A stretch of 64,000 nt of DNA from an uncultured bacterium (GCA_964561495.1 CAZLPW010000005.1:434-64433); one strand, 5' to 3'; positions 7,221 through 16,393 are shown, counted from the stretch's first letter. Numbers and translations: made by a program. Notes: generated by a model from the letters alone, not told the origin.

Positions 7221-9824
7221 TTATTTCAATAAAATCATTTTTTGAGTCTGTCTATATGAACCAGAAATAAGCTCAGAAAAATACACTCCGCTCGCGAATC
7301 TACTTGCATCCCACTGGGCCTCATATCTGCCTACTTGTAGCTTACCATTAATGAGCGTTGCAACATTTCTCCCTGATATATCATAAACCTTAAGCGTTGT
7401 CACATCTCCTGGATTAGATCCTACATCAAATCGTATGGTTGTCACAGGATTAAATGGATTAGGATAGTTGGCATATAAATTGAATTCCTTAGGCATTGAG
7501 GAATTTGGTTCATCAAGACTCGCATATGACTCTACGGATGACATGATCCTAGTCATGACAAATTTAAATTCTTGCAAATCTTCTAGCTCACCCAAACCAG
7601 TTTGATCAGCAAGAACCTCTAGGCATTCTTCATAAGAATAGTACCCTGATTCTTCACAAGGATAATCACTCTGACTCGCATATAGAAGGGTGTCTTCCTC
7701 TATAAAATACGATAATTCTAGAAAATCAGACTCACCATATTCATCAGGATCATAGGTCAAAAATACTGAATCGGTAGTAGCATACCATTGGAAATGATTT
7801 GTATCTGTATAGGCATCGTAATAATAATAATCATCATACTCAGTGACAATTTCCATACCAGTTGAATCTCCATAAAGATAAAGACTGAAATCAAAATCAT
7901 CATCGCCACCAAACATATCACCCTGCATATTTACCGCTGTCTCTTCTCCAGCAGTAAAGTGCCACATCGATGGACCAATTGTCCCTGATAGAGACATAGC
8001 TTCAGCTCCTGTTGAATCATAGAGACTTAGATTATTAAAGGTAATTGTAAAGGCAGCTGTGTCTACGCTTGACATCGAATTAAGGTCAGCATCTATGGCT
8101 TCAGACTCTATAACATCATCTCCAGAAAATGTAATGCCCTCCACCCAATCAATAACAATATCACCACTTTCAGAATCCGAAGTTGAAAAACCTACAAGTG
8201 TTGGATTTTCGATCCCAAGACTATCAGGAGGAAAACCAAACATAAGCATGAAAAAATCCATAAAGGTCATGTTCATGATAATAATTTCAGGCCCATCATC
8301 TTCATCTTCTTCATAAAGCTCTCCCCACTGAAGGCTTGAGAGAGCGGTGTAGCTTTCGTTATCATTATATCCCTCAGGCTGAGCCCCGCCATAGACGTAA
8401 AGCCCGTCTAGGTATACTGAGGAAGAGTGTCTCCGCCCTTCCATGTTACTTGTTTTATCATAGAACTCATTATCACCAGGGTGGTATACACCAGAGAACT
8501 CAATATTACCATAATCGCCAATAATATAGATCAACTCGCCGTCGGTTGAAACAGAATGAGCTGATATTGTAGTTGACATTTGTCCTACAGTCTCCCAGAC
8601 ATCACTATCAATGTAATATGCGTTGATATCAGATGAGACCTCACCATTGTAGCCACCAAAGGTATACAAGACACCATCCACTACTACACCATTTGTATTA
8701 ATCGAGTCTGGCATATCAGCTAAACGAGTCCAAGACTCATCTTGAGGGTCAAACACATAAAGATGGTTTGAATAGCTTGACCCATCACCTCCACCAAAAA
8801 TATAAATCTTATCATTCCAGACTGCACTCCCTCCATAGGTTACTGGATATGGATTGGGAGTTGTACTAATAGAAACCTCTCCAGTAGTGGTATTTATTAT
8901 TTCCACAGCATTTGTATCTGTTCTGCCATTAAAGAGATAAATATTACCACCCATATACTCAGCAACGGTATATCGACGAGGAATTAAATTTTCTCCAAAC
9001 ATCTCCCAGGTATCTGTGTCAGGGTTATACCTTTCACCGTGAGTGTGCCATACTGTTGAATCCCCAACTGCATCAAAATCTGCTCCACAAAAGGAGTAAA
9101 TAAATTGACCATCTGTAGCATAGGCCGCACCATAGCGAGCGTAGTTCATATTAGATCTACTTTCAAAGATTAAAGTGTCCTCGTGGGTCCGTGTTCGACC
9201 ATCATCATCACCATTACATCCAGGCCCATCTTGCCACCCGTACCAGTCACAGCCCTGGTTAATGCAGTCACCTTCATTGTTGTAGTTTCCGCAGCCATCT
9301 TCCCCATCACAGGGATCGCAATCCTCACACCCAGATCCATTGCTACCATACCACTCACATCCTTGACTAGCTAAGCAATCGCCCTCGCTATAGTAGTTGC
9401 CACATCCGTCTGCTCCGTCACAAGGTTCACAGGCCTCATCGCCGTCTCCTCCATCCATCATTTCTGGATCAAATAAATACTTTAGCTCTGTTGAATAATC
9501 ACTGGCAGTTGCAGTGATCGAGCCTTCAGCCTCTTCCATACCCGCTATTGACATAGGATTTATCATACTCTGATCGCTACCTACTGTAACATGAAATAAC
9601 ATCTCGTCTTTTACTAATTCCCATTCACCATAAAGATCACCCATATCCCTTGAAGAAGTACGCGCTGATGAGCGATAGGTTTGTCTTAGTTTATTTAAAT
9701 CTTCTATAGAATGAATATTATATTCTTTTTGAATTTGATTTTTTAGCTTCCTAAGCTGTTCAGGCATTTTGTCACTTCCGAAACAAATTGCAAACATCGA
9801 AATATATATAACTATTTTTCTCAT
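7221..9824 (-). CDS. Secreted Kelch-repeat protein with a duplicated Cys-rich acidic module and a T9SS C-terminal sorting domain
   Basis: It has a signal peptide and Kelch-like blades (IYSFCG, IYLFNGR, KIYIFGGGDG, LYTFGGYNG, LYVYGG). The C-terminus is NYPNPFNPVTTIRF...GVYF...QKMILLK. Confidence 0.8.
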   Translation of the reverse strand: MRKIVIYISMFAICFGSDKMPEQLRKLKNQIQKEYNIHSIEDLNKLRQTYRSSARTSSRDMGDLYGEWELVKDEMLFHVTVGSDQSMINPMSIAGMEEAEGSITATASDYSTELKYLFDPEMMDGGDGDEACEPCDGADGCGNYYSEGDCLASQGCEWYGSNGSGCEDCDPCDGEDGCGNYNNEGDCINQGCDWYGWQDGPGCNGDDDGRTRTHEDTLIFESRSNMNYARYGAAYATDGQFIYSFCGADFDAVGDSTVWHTHGERYNPDTDTWEMFGENLIPRRYTVAEYMGGNIYLFNGRTDTNAVEIINTTTGEVSISTTPNPYPVTYGGSAVWNDKIYIFGGGDGSSYSNHLYVFDPQDESWTRLADMPDSINTNGVVVDGVLYTFGGYNGEVSSDINAYYIDSDVWETVGQMSTTISAHSVSTDGELIYIIGDYGNIEFSGVYHPGDNEFYDKTSNMEGRRHSSSVYLDGLYVYGGAQPEGYNDNESYTALSSLQWGELYEEDEDDGPEIIIMNMTFMDFFMLMFGFPPDSLGIENPTLVGFSTSDSESGDIVIDWVEGITFSGDDVIESEAIDADLNSMSSVDTAAFTITFNNLSLYDSTGAEAMSLSGTIGPSMWHFTAGEETAVNMQGDMFGGDDDFDFSLYLYGDSTGMEIVTEYDDYYYYDAYTDTNHFQWYATTDSVFLTYDPDEYGESDFLELSYFIEEDTLLYASQSDYPCEESGYYSYEECLEVLADQTGLGELEDLQEFKFVMTRIMSSVESYASLDEPNSSMPKEFNLYANYPNPFNPVTTIRFDVGSNPGDVTTLKVYDISGRNVATLINGKLQVGRYEAQWDASRFASGVYFSELISGSYRQTQKMILLK
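9216..9431 (-). repeat. Tandem duplication encoding a Cys-rich module (C-x2-C-D-G-x-D-G-C-G-N-Y-x2-E-G-D-C-...-Q-G-C-x-W-Y-G)
   Basis: Residues about 132-203 of the Kelch protein: CEPCDGADGCGNYYSEGDCLASQGCEWYG followed by CDPCDGEDGCGNYNNEGDCINQGCDWYG. Confidence 0.75.
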
Positions 9825-9915
9825 GTTATTCCCTTTTTATTTGAGTTTAATCTTATACACAAAGACACTTTAAATCCTAAACGTATATGGTAAAATAGAG
9901 CATTAATTAGGCTAA

Positions 9916-10386
9916 TTATTTTGGAAGAAAAATAGGAATTGGAGTGACTCCAAAAAAACCGTATTGTTTTTCTATATCATTACCAAAAAACACCTTATCA
10001 TATGTTAATAGTCCAAACCCACCTATCCAGTATTTATGTTTTTTAAAAGTTTCTCCTTTGCTATTAATCAATTTTCCTCTTCCGAAACCAGCCAACATAA
10101 AAGATAATTGAGTATCAAAATATTGATATTTAATTACAGGCTTTCCTTTCTCATAATTCCTTCTTACACCAAAGGTTCTGCCTAAAAACAAAGGGAATGT
10201 GTCTTCGAAGTGAAGACCAATCTTAAAACCTGTGCCAATAGTTATTTGGTAGGATATAGACAGTCCTTTGTTAGTGTTGTATCCAATTTGAAGACCAGGG
10301 CTGATATATGGATTTAGTGATTGGTGGTTCCCATCATGTCCTAAGACTGAACTAATAAAAAACAATAAAAATATATGAGATTTCAT
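9916..10386 (-). CDS. hypothetical secreted protein, possibly a small beta-barrel
   Basis: Signal peptide MKSHIFLLFFISSVLG and alternating Gly/aromatic-rich strands. I prefer the ATG at 10386 over the track's TTG at 10392. Confidence 0.55.
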   Translation of the reverse strand: MKSHIFLLFFISSVLGHDGNHQSLNPYISPGLQIGYNTNKGLSISYQITIGTGFKIGLHFEDTFPLFLGRTFGVRRNYEKGKPVIKYQYFDTQLSFMLAGFGRGKLINSKGETFKKHKYWIGGFGLLTYDKVFFGNDIEKQYGFFGVTPIPIFLPK

Positions 10387-10460
10387 TATCAAATATAATC
10401 AGATTTCAAAGATTACTATCTAAAAAAAAATATGATTTTTTGGATTTTAAATTATGAAAG

Positions 10461-10491
10461 TGTTTTAATAATTCGGTGAGTTGTAGATTTA
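10461..10491 (+). promoter_or_regulatory. Copy f (weak) of the intergenic box
   Basis: TGTTTTAATAATTCGGTGAGTTGTAGATTTA. The register is the same, with GTG in place of ATG. Confidence 0.3.
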
Positions 10492-10573
10492 TAGCAAACT
10501 AAATACCGTCTTTGGACTTTGTACTTATTGTTTAAAAGAAGGTTTATTTGACAAAAAAATCAGAGAAAAACTA

Positions 10574-11347
10574 ATGCCAGTCTTTTATACTAAAAACAGC
10601 TATTGGGTTTTATACATTATAATTTTCTTGTTTTTTATTAACAGCTGTAAAGGCCCTAACAAAGCACCTTTTAAGGGAACTATTTTTTTAGACCCTGATA
10701 TCATAAAAGAGACCGACTCTTCTGCTTTTGAAAATATATACTACAATGGGCAAGGCATAAGAACAATGTTTGATAGAAGATCAGATGATTGGATTCAAGC
10801 AAACGTCTTTCTTTTTCCTGCAAAATACAAAGATAGTCTAGATATTGAGGTTCAGGTTAATCCAGAGTTTAAAAGTCCTGAAATTGCCATGGAATACGCA
10901 GAAAAATATGCAATAGCGATTGGTAGAATATCTAAAGAACTAAGAAAAGATATCGAAACTGTCTGGATACACAGAGGTATGGAATTATTTGGAGGTGGTA
11001 ACAATAACATTTTAATCCACACTGATTACTCAGAAAAACATTACGAAAAACAAGGCATACTTGAAGAGACTCTCGTTCACGAAGCGTCACACACCTCTCT
11101 TGATAAAGATCACTCAAAAAGTAATGAGTGGAAAACAGCTCAAAAGATGGATGAAATTTTTATATCAGACTATGCCCGAGACAATCCAGACAGAGAAGAT
11201 ATTGCTGAAAGCTATCTTACTTATTTGGCCATACGGTATAGACCTGAAAGAATTTCTGATTCACTAAAAGCTATTATAGAAAACACTATCCCAAATAGAA
11301 TTAAATATTTTGACAGCCAGTCTTTTGAAATGTATCCAATAGAATAA
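10574..11347 (+). CDS. hypothetical lipoprotein with an HExxH motif (possible zinc metallopeptidase-like protein)
   Basis: Lipobox-like FINSC and the motif LVHEASHTSLD. I recognised no family. Confidence 0.4.
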   Translation: MPVFYTKNSYWVLYIIIFLFFINSCKGPNKAPFKGTIFLDPDIIKETDSSAFENIYYNGQGIRTMFDRRSDDWIQANVFLFPAKYKDSLDIEVQVNPEFKSPEIAMEYAEKYAIAIGRISKELRKDIETVWIHRGMELFGGGNNNILIHTDYSEKHYEKQGILEETLVHEASHTSLDKDHSKSNEWKTAQKMDEIFISDYARDNPDREDIAESYLTYLAIRYRPERISDSLKAIIENTIPNRIKYFDSQSFEMYPIE

Positions 11348-11403
11348 AATTTTTCATTGAAAATATTAAACTAAATTAAAGACACTATTCTGGAGAAGAT
11401 ATT

Positions 11404-11877
11404 TTGAGATCAATTCAAGATTGGTTAGACATGTATGGGGAGAGTCACCAGAACCCAATAAATAAAAAAATTCACTGGGTCTGCGTACCTGCAATTATGT
11501 TCAGCATTGTTGGTCTGTGGTGGTCTATTCCGCATAAAGGAATACCCTTTACATTTTTTGATATCCAACTTAACTGGGCTATCATATTAACTATATTGAT
11601 TTCTTTTTACTATCTCTGGCTTTCCCTATCAATGGCGATAGGAATGTTTTTTGTTGGCCTTTTCCTTTTAATCGGAAACTATTTTTTAGATCTTAGTTTT
11701 GATTTTGCTCTGTGGAAAATTTCTTTAATTATATTTATCATCGCTTGGATTGGACAATTTATTGGTCACAAAATAGAAGGGAAAAAACCATCATTCTTTG
11801 AGGATATTCAATTTCTTCTGATTGGGCCTGCTTGGCTATTATCATTTATTTATAATAAATTGGGAATCAAGTATTAA
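11404..11877 (+). CDS. DUF962 / Mpo1-like membrane protein (TTG start)
   Basis: DMYGESHQNPINKKIHWVCVP ... IGHKIEGKKPSFFEDIQFLLIGP is the characteristic family pattern. Confidence 0.8.
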   Translation: MRSIQDWLDMYGESHQNPINKKIHWVCVPAIMFSIVGLWWSIPHKGIPFTFFDIQLNWAIILTILISFYYLWLSLSMAIGMFFVGLFLLIGNYFLDLSFDFALWKISLIIFIIAWIGQFIGHKIEGKKPSFFEDIQFLLIGPAWLLSFIYNKLGIKY

Positions 11878-11914
11878 ACTTTAACATTTTTTAGACTAAA
11901 AAAGGATAGAACTA

Positions 11915-12472
11915 ATGAATTACTTTCGTTTAATTATATTAATACTGACTTTAATTATATCAGGGTGTACAGTAGACGATGACACTAACGCACTTTCAAA
12001 TGATGAATCTGATTGCGATGACCAACCTTACAATCCAACAGGCTACACGTTCACCCTTGTTTCAGCTGAGTCATACTCCTCTCAAACAGAAGGTGATTTT
12101 TTTAATGATCCAACATGTACTGGTGAAATTGATAATACAATTAATGCAATGGAAAACCCCTACGTTGAAGATGGTTGGGCTTGGACTTTTGATGCCGACA
12201 GCATCTATTACACCTGGAATGGTAATGGCTCATCATTTCAAGCTAATAATGGATGGGAACTTTGTAACACAACTATAACAAGAACTTTTGGAATAGGTTA
12301 TCTTGGTGGTGATTATATCCTAACATCAGACTCTACTTTTTATGTTGATTATGAAGCAGACTGTTGGTTTGGTGGTCTTTTTGATGATAATAAAGAAGAC
12401 TGTGAGAGCAATGATGGGACTTGGTATTATTGCACAAGAGGATATTTTGAAGGCACATCCTCAACAAATTAA
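11915..12472 (+). CDS. hypothetical lipoprotein (185 aa)
   Basis: Lipobox LIISGC and an acidic, Cys-containing mature region. Confidence 0.55.
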   Translation: MNYFRLIILILTLIISGCTVDDDTNALSNDESDCDDQPYNPTGYTFTLVSAESYSSQTEGDFFNDPTCTGEIDNTINAMENPYVEDGWAWTFDADSIYYTWNGNGSSFQANNGWELCNTTITRTFGIGYLGGDYILTSDSTFYVDYEADCWFGGLFDDNKEDCESNDGTWYYCTRGYFEGTSSTN

Positions 12473-12726
12473 TATCGATATCCTTCTTGTGCACTTTTTA
12501 ATTTATAGAAAGAAATCGTAATGTCTGCAAGGCAGGGTACGCTCATATTATATTGCCTTATATAGAGATTTATAATCACCCTGCCTTACATCAGTATTGA
12601 AAAAAGACGACGTTATTAAAACTAAGCTAACTGACCTTGCCACAGTAGAAGTAAAACCGGGAGATTGGAAATACGACTATGGGGAGTACGGACAAAGCCA
12701 GAATAGCTTAGCCTAATTATTAAATT

Positions 12727-13242
12727 TTAGATACCAAATTCATCTTTTATTAGCTCTGCCCATATAATTAACCTTTCTTCGGTTAATTCCTCCTCATTAT
12801 CATTATCAAGTCCCAGACCAAGAAATTCATCACCATCTAAGGCTAATGAAGTGTCAAACTCATACCCTTCTGTAGGCCACCTACCAATTAAAGATCCTCC
12901 ATTTTCCATAAATGGCTTACCAAGAAGACCAATCGCATCAAGAAAATTATCGGCATATCCAACCTGATCTCCGCATCCAAAAAAGGCAGCTGTAATACCA
13001 GAAAAATCTAATTCTTTATACTTCTCATAAATAAAATCCCAGTCATCTTATAATTCACCAATGTGCCAGGTCGGGCATCCAATAATAAGGCGCTTATAAT
13101 CAAGCATTTTTTTAGGATCTGTATCGGCTATATTATATTCATCAACCTCACAACCTTCAGACACCATATAGTCTTTAAGAAATCCTGCTGCTGCTTCTTG
13201 ATTCCCAGTATTGCTACCCCAAAAAAGGCCAATTTTTTCCAT
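12727..13242 (-). pseudogene. fldA: Long-chain flavodoxin interrupted by one in-frame TAA
   Basis: The two track ORFs (13048..13242 and 12727..12909) are one reading frame: MEKIGLFWGSNTGNQE...IIGCPTWHIGEL*DDWDFIYEKYKELDFSGITAAFFGCGDQVGYADNF...GRWPTEGYEFD...ELIKDEFGI. The stop at 13048-13050 sits where E. coli FldA has Gln (GEAQCDW). Confidence 0.85.
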
Positions 13243-13372
13243 TAGGTCTCCTGTAATTTTAAATTTTAGGGTCTAATATTATAGTAAATGAGACCCATTA
13301 GCAATAATTTTTGCAAATTATTTATATCTTTTTTGCCACTAAAATAAAATTTGAAATAGAATAATTTTTCTA

Positions 13373-14710
13373 TTATGAATTTGTATCAATATATTTGTTT
13401 ATATTGAATTTTGATTTACATCCATTATAGTTCATATAGCGAATTTTTCCATATATCTCTCGCTCAAACCATGCGCGATCGTGTATACCGCCAATACTCC
13501 ATGCAATCCCTGTATATCCGTTTGCATCTCTCCCATCTAACTCATATTTATTATTCAAATATATAGCATTATATAACGCAATCTCTGGTTTCACTGTCCA
13601 TTCCAAAATTTTCTTTGCCCAATACATTCTCATATATCCGTGCATTTTTCCATTATATACCATCTCTCTTTGAGCAGCATTCCACAACTGATCATGCGTT
13701 TCGGCGGCTTCAAATTGTTCTATCGGATATATATATTCTCTTTCATCGTTTCTATGATCATTCAATGATATTTGAGCCCAGCTATGAAAACCATCAAACT
13801 GATCATAATTAGGTTCGTACTCACAGAAATTATCTGACAGCTCTCTACGAATAATCAACTGCTCTAAAAAAGCATCTTTATCATCTAGTAAAAGATTTGA
13901 TTTTTGAATTTCAAATGCAACTCTCTGTGCTGAAATTTGACCATAATGAATATATGGGCTGAGGTTGCTTAGTGCACTTTTTGTTGGGTCATTTCGACCA
14001 TTGCCATAATTCATTAGATCTATTTTTAAAGTATCTAATCTTTTTAACGCTTGAGACTCTCCAGGTCTAATCCAGCTAACTTCTTTCACATTTTTATCAA
14101 GGTATAAATTTTTATCAGCCTCTTCCCAATTAATTTTATTATTAATTTTTGCATCATACGGGTGTCTAATACATCGAGGTATATCCGTTAAATAATTAGA
14201 AAGCTTACTTTTTATTTTAGGCCGAATAGTATAAGCAGCATATTCTTTTTTATTTGAAGACTCCCAGACTGGAACAATATTATGCGCGTCTACCTGAGTG
14301 ATTGGGATATTAGTCTTGGTTAAAATTTTTTTTAGTCTCAATTTGTGAATCTTTAGAGGAGAATAATCAACTACGAGATGTCCTACAAAATTTTTCTCTA
14401 TAAAAGAGGCTATAGAAATTTCAGCGAGACCATTAAAAAGAAAAAACGGAATATTCAAATTTTGTAATTGTTTTTCCATCTCAATTAATCCTTTAAACAA
14501 AAACCTATAATTCCGAATATTTACAATTTCATATTCACCATTATATTGAAAACAAATTAAAAGAGGGACTCTATTTTTAAGAGCAATTTCTTGAGCTTTT
14601 AATAGTGCCCAATTATCTTGCACACGTTTATCTCTGACCATCCAATATGCAACCACTTTACCATTAAACGAACCAGCACTTAATATCCTAGATCTTCCAA
14701 AAAATTCCAT
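13373..14710 (-). CDS. phr: class II CPD deoxyribodipyrimidine photolyase
   Basis: VVAYWMVRDKRVQDNWALL ... GKMHGYMRMYWAKKILEW ... GGIHDRAW are class II photolyase hallmarks. Confidence 0.92.
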   Translation of the reverse strand: MEFFGRSRILSAGSFNGKVVAYWMVRDKRVQDNWALLKAQEIALKNRVPLLICFQYNGEYEIVNIRNYRFLFKGLIEMEKQLQNLNIPFFLFNGLAEISIASFIEKNFVGHLVVDYSPLKIHKLRLKKILTKTNIPITQVDAHNIVPVWESSNKKEYAAYTIRPKIKSKLSNYLTDIPRCIRHPYDAKINNKINWEEADKNLYLDKNVKEVSWIRPGESQALKRLDTLKIDLMNYGNGRNDPTKSALSNLSPYIHYGQISAQRVAFEIQKSNLLLDDKDAFLEQLIIRRELSDNFCEYEPNYDQFDGFHSWAQISLNDHRNDEREYIYPIEQFEAAETHDQLWNAAQREMVYNGKMHGYMRMYWAKKILEWTVKPEIALYNAIYLNNKYELDGRDANGYTGIAWSIGGIHDRAWFEREIYGKIRYMNYNGCKSKFNINKYIDTNS

Positions 14711-14740
14711 ATTTCTAGTTTATTGTATAAAATCTAGCTT

Positions 14741-15625
14741 TTATTGCAATATTTTTTTCAATTGTGAAAATGTATAAAAGGTATAATCAATTTTACCCTT
14801 TAGTTTGGGAAAAAGATTTAAGCCTCTCCCTCCAAAAATAGTTTTAACTTGAAAAAGCTTAGCGGATTTCACTATTGAAAGAACCTGTTTTTCTGTTTTG
14901 ATTAAATTATCCCTGGCTGTGGCCATGCAGCATTGACGGTCACAAAGAAAAAATATAAGTGTATCAACTGATTTTTGTTTTAAGACACCTTTCAAATCAC
15001 CAATTTCCGCGTGAGACCCAGCGTTAAATGTATTGTACCCACTATGCCTAGATATTACCTCAGACATAATGACCCCAAGGTCTGGGAGATTATCTTCAAA
15101 ATTAATGCACAATGCAGCTTTTTCTTTAGAAATTGAGTTCGGTATATTTTGATTATATCCTTCAATAATCCGAGTGATTAGCTTGCGGCTTATATAGGCA
15201 TCAAGGTGTGTTATATTCTTATTTTGAAGCGCATCTTCTACTAAGTCACTTGCTGGCTCTACAATCTCATCGAAAATCATATCAACAGGAATATTTTTCA
15301 TATATGCGCTATTTAGAATTATAGAAACGCTTAATTCATCTGCCTCTATGCTCGAATCTGCCAAAATATTGACCAGCTTGGTATAACTATTGTTGTTAAA
15401 GTAGTTATATATCGTTTTATGGGAAGAATTTTCAAGTCCAAGGTCTAAATTTTTTATAGATTTTTGATTTTTTTTAAAATATTCTCTAATATTGAGCATT
15501 GTAAATTTTCTATGACCTCCAGGAGTCTTTTTACAAGATATTGTACCATTTTCGGTCCATCGTTTTAAAGTAGAAACATTAATACCTAAAATATCGGCTA
15601 CATCTTTTGAATTAAGATATCTCAT
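14741..15625 (-). CDS. MerR/excisionase-type HTH regulator with a C-terminal B12-binding-like (CarH/LitR-like) domain that lacks the His ligand
   Basis: The N-terminal HTH is YLNSKDVADILGINVSTLKRWTENG. The C-terminal Rossmann-like segment ALCINFEDNLPDLGVIMSEVISRHSGYNTFNAG aligns with the GE-x-H-E-x-G region of B12-binding domains, but Pro/Leu replace His. Confidence 0.5.
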   Translation of the reverse strand: MRYLNSKDVADILGINVSTLKRWTENGTISCKKTPGGHRKFTMLNIREYFKKNQKSIKNLDLGLENSSHKTIYNYFNNNSYTKLVNILADSSIEADELSVSIILNSAYMKNIPVDMIFDEIVEPASDLVEDALQNKNITHLDAYISRKLITRIIEGYNQNIPNSISKEKAALCINFEDNLPDLGVIMSEVISRHSGYNTFNAGSHAEIGDLKGVLKQKSVDTLIFFLCDRQCCMATARDNLIKTEKQVLSIVKSAKLFQVKTIFGGRGLNLFPKLKGKIDYTFYTFSQLKKILQ

Positions 15626-15794
15626 ATAATAATATACCTCATTGAAATATTAAATTATAATTTAATTTGAGCGATATGAACTTTTTGATTATTATAATTT
15701 AATTGAATTAAAATATACGGAGGGAGGCATTAAAAAAGGAATTAAAACCTATCCCTCCTCCCATTTAATACGTGCTTAAATACTAAAAAAATAA

Positions 15795-16355
15795 TCACCT
15801 TCCTGTAACTAAGGACAAAATATCTGAACTCAATGGACTTACGGCACTGCGAAAGAATCTAATTAAATGACCTTTCTCATCTATAAGATATTTACAAAAA
15901 TTCCAGGATGGCGGGCTTGAGTTCCACCCATTTTTTGTTTTATCTGTTAACCAATCATATAATGGATTCTTTGGATTGATTTTAATATTAGCTTTCTCTA
16001 AAATAGGAAATGTAACATTGTAATTCATTTTACAAAATTTTAATATCTCAGATGATGATCCTGGCTCCTGGCTCCCAAAATCATTACAAGGAACTGCTAT
16101 TACTACAATTTTTTCGCTATATGAATCATATAACTCTTGAAGCTCCTTGTACTGCTTTGTATATCCACATTTAGACGCTACATTGACTATGAGAATTTTT
16201 TTTCCGCGATATTTTTTAAAATTTAATTCATTTCCATTAATATCCTTTAATATAATATCATACACGGAAGAATGTGGCTTAATATCTTGACCAGGTGCTT
16301 TAGTGTTTTTCCCAACTAGCATTGCCACTGCCCCAGAAATAAATGTTGCAAACAT
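15795..16355 (-). CDS. gpx: glutathione peroxidase (Cys-type)
   Basis: ILIVNVASKCGYTKQY ... VPCNDFGSQEPG ... WNFCKYLIDEKG. Confidence 0.92.
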   Translation of the reverse strand: MFATFISGAVAMLVGKNTKAPGQDIKPHSSVYDIILKDINGNELNFKKYRGKKILIVNVASKCGYTKQYKELQELYDSYSEKIVVIAVPCNDFGSQEPGSSSEILKFCKMNYNVTFPILEKANIKINPKNPLYDWLTDKTKNGWNSSPPSWNFCKYLIDEKGHLIRFFRSAVSPLSSDILSLVTGR

Positions 16356-16393
16356 TATTTTTTTTAAAGCAATATTGAACTTTAAAAAAAAAT

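Noticed and set aside
8059-9374. Track ORFs 8059..8316, 8336..8524, 9170..9358 and 9183..9374 within the Kelch gene.
   Set aside because: They are antisense or out-of-frame shadows of a gene with clear Kelch and CTD motifs. The repetitive, GC-richer coding sequence keeps alternative frames open.
11979-12278. Track ORF 11979..12278 (+), together with 11061..11267 (+) and 10932..11117 (-).
   Set aside because: They are alternative-frame overlaps of longer ORFs that have signal peptides or lipoboxes. The longer frames are preferred.
13048-13050. I asked whether the in-frame TAA in the flavodoxin signals stop-codon reassignment (TAA read as Gln).
   Set aside because: TAA is the ordinary terminator of many well-supported genes here, including glpK, the photolyase, the GH16 genes and the TonB receptor. 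Their lengths match the family norms. A genome-wide recoding is therefore not tenable.
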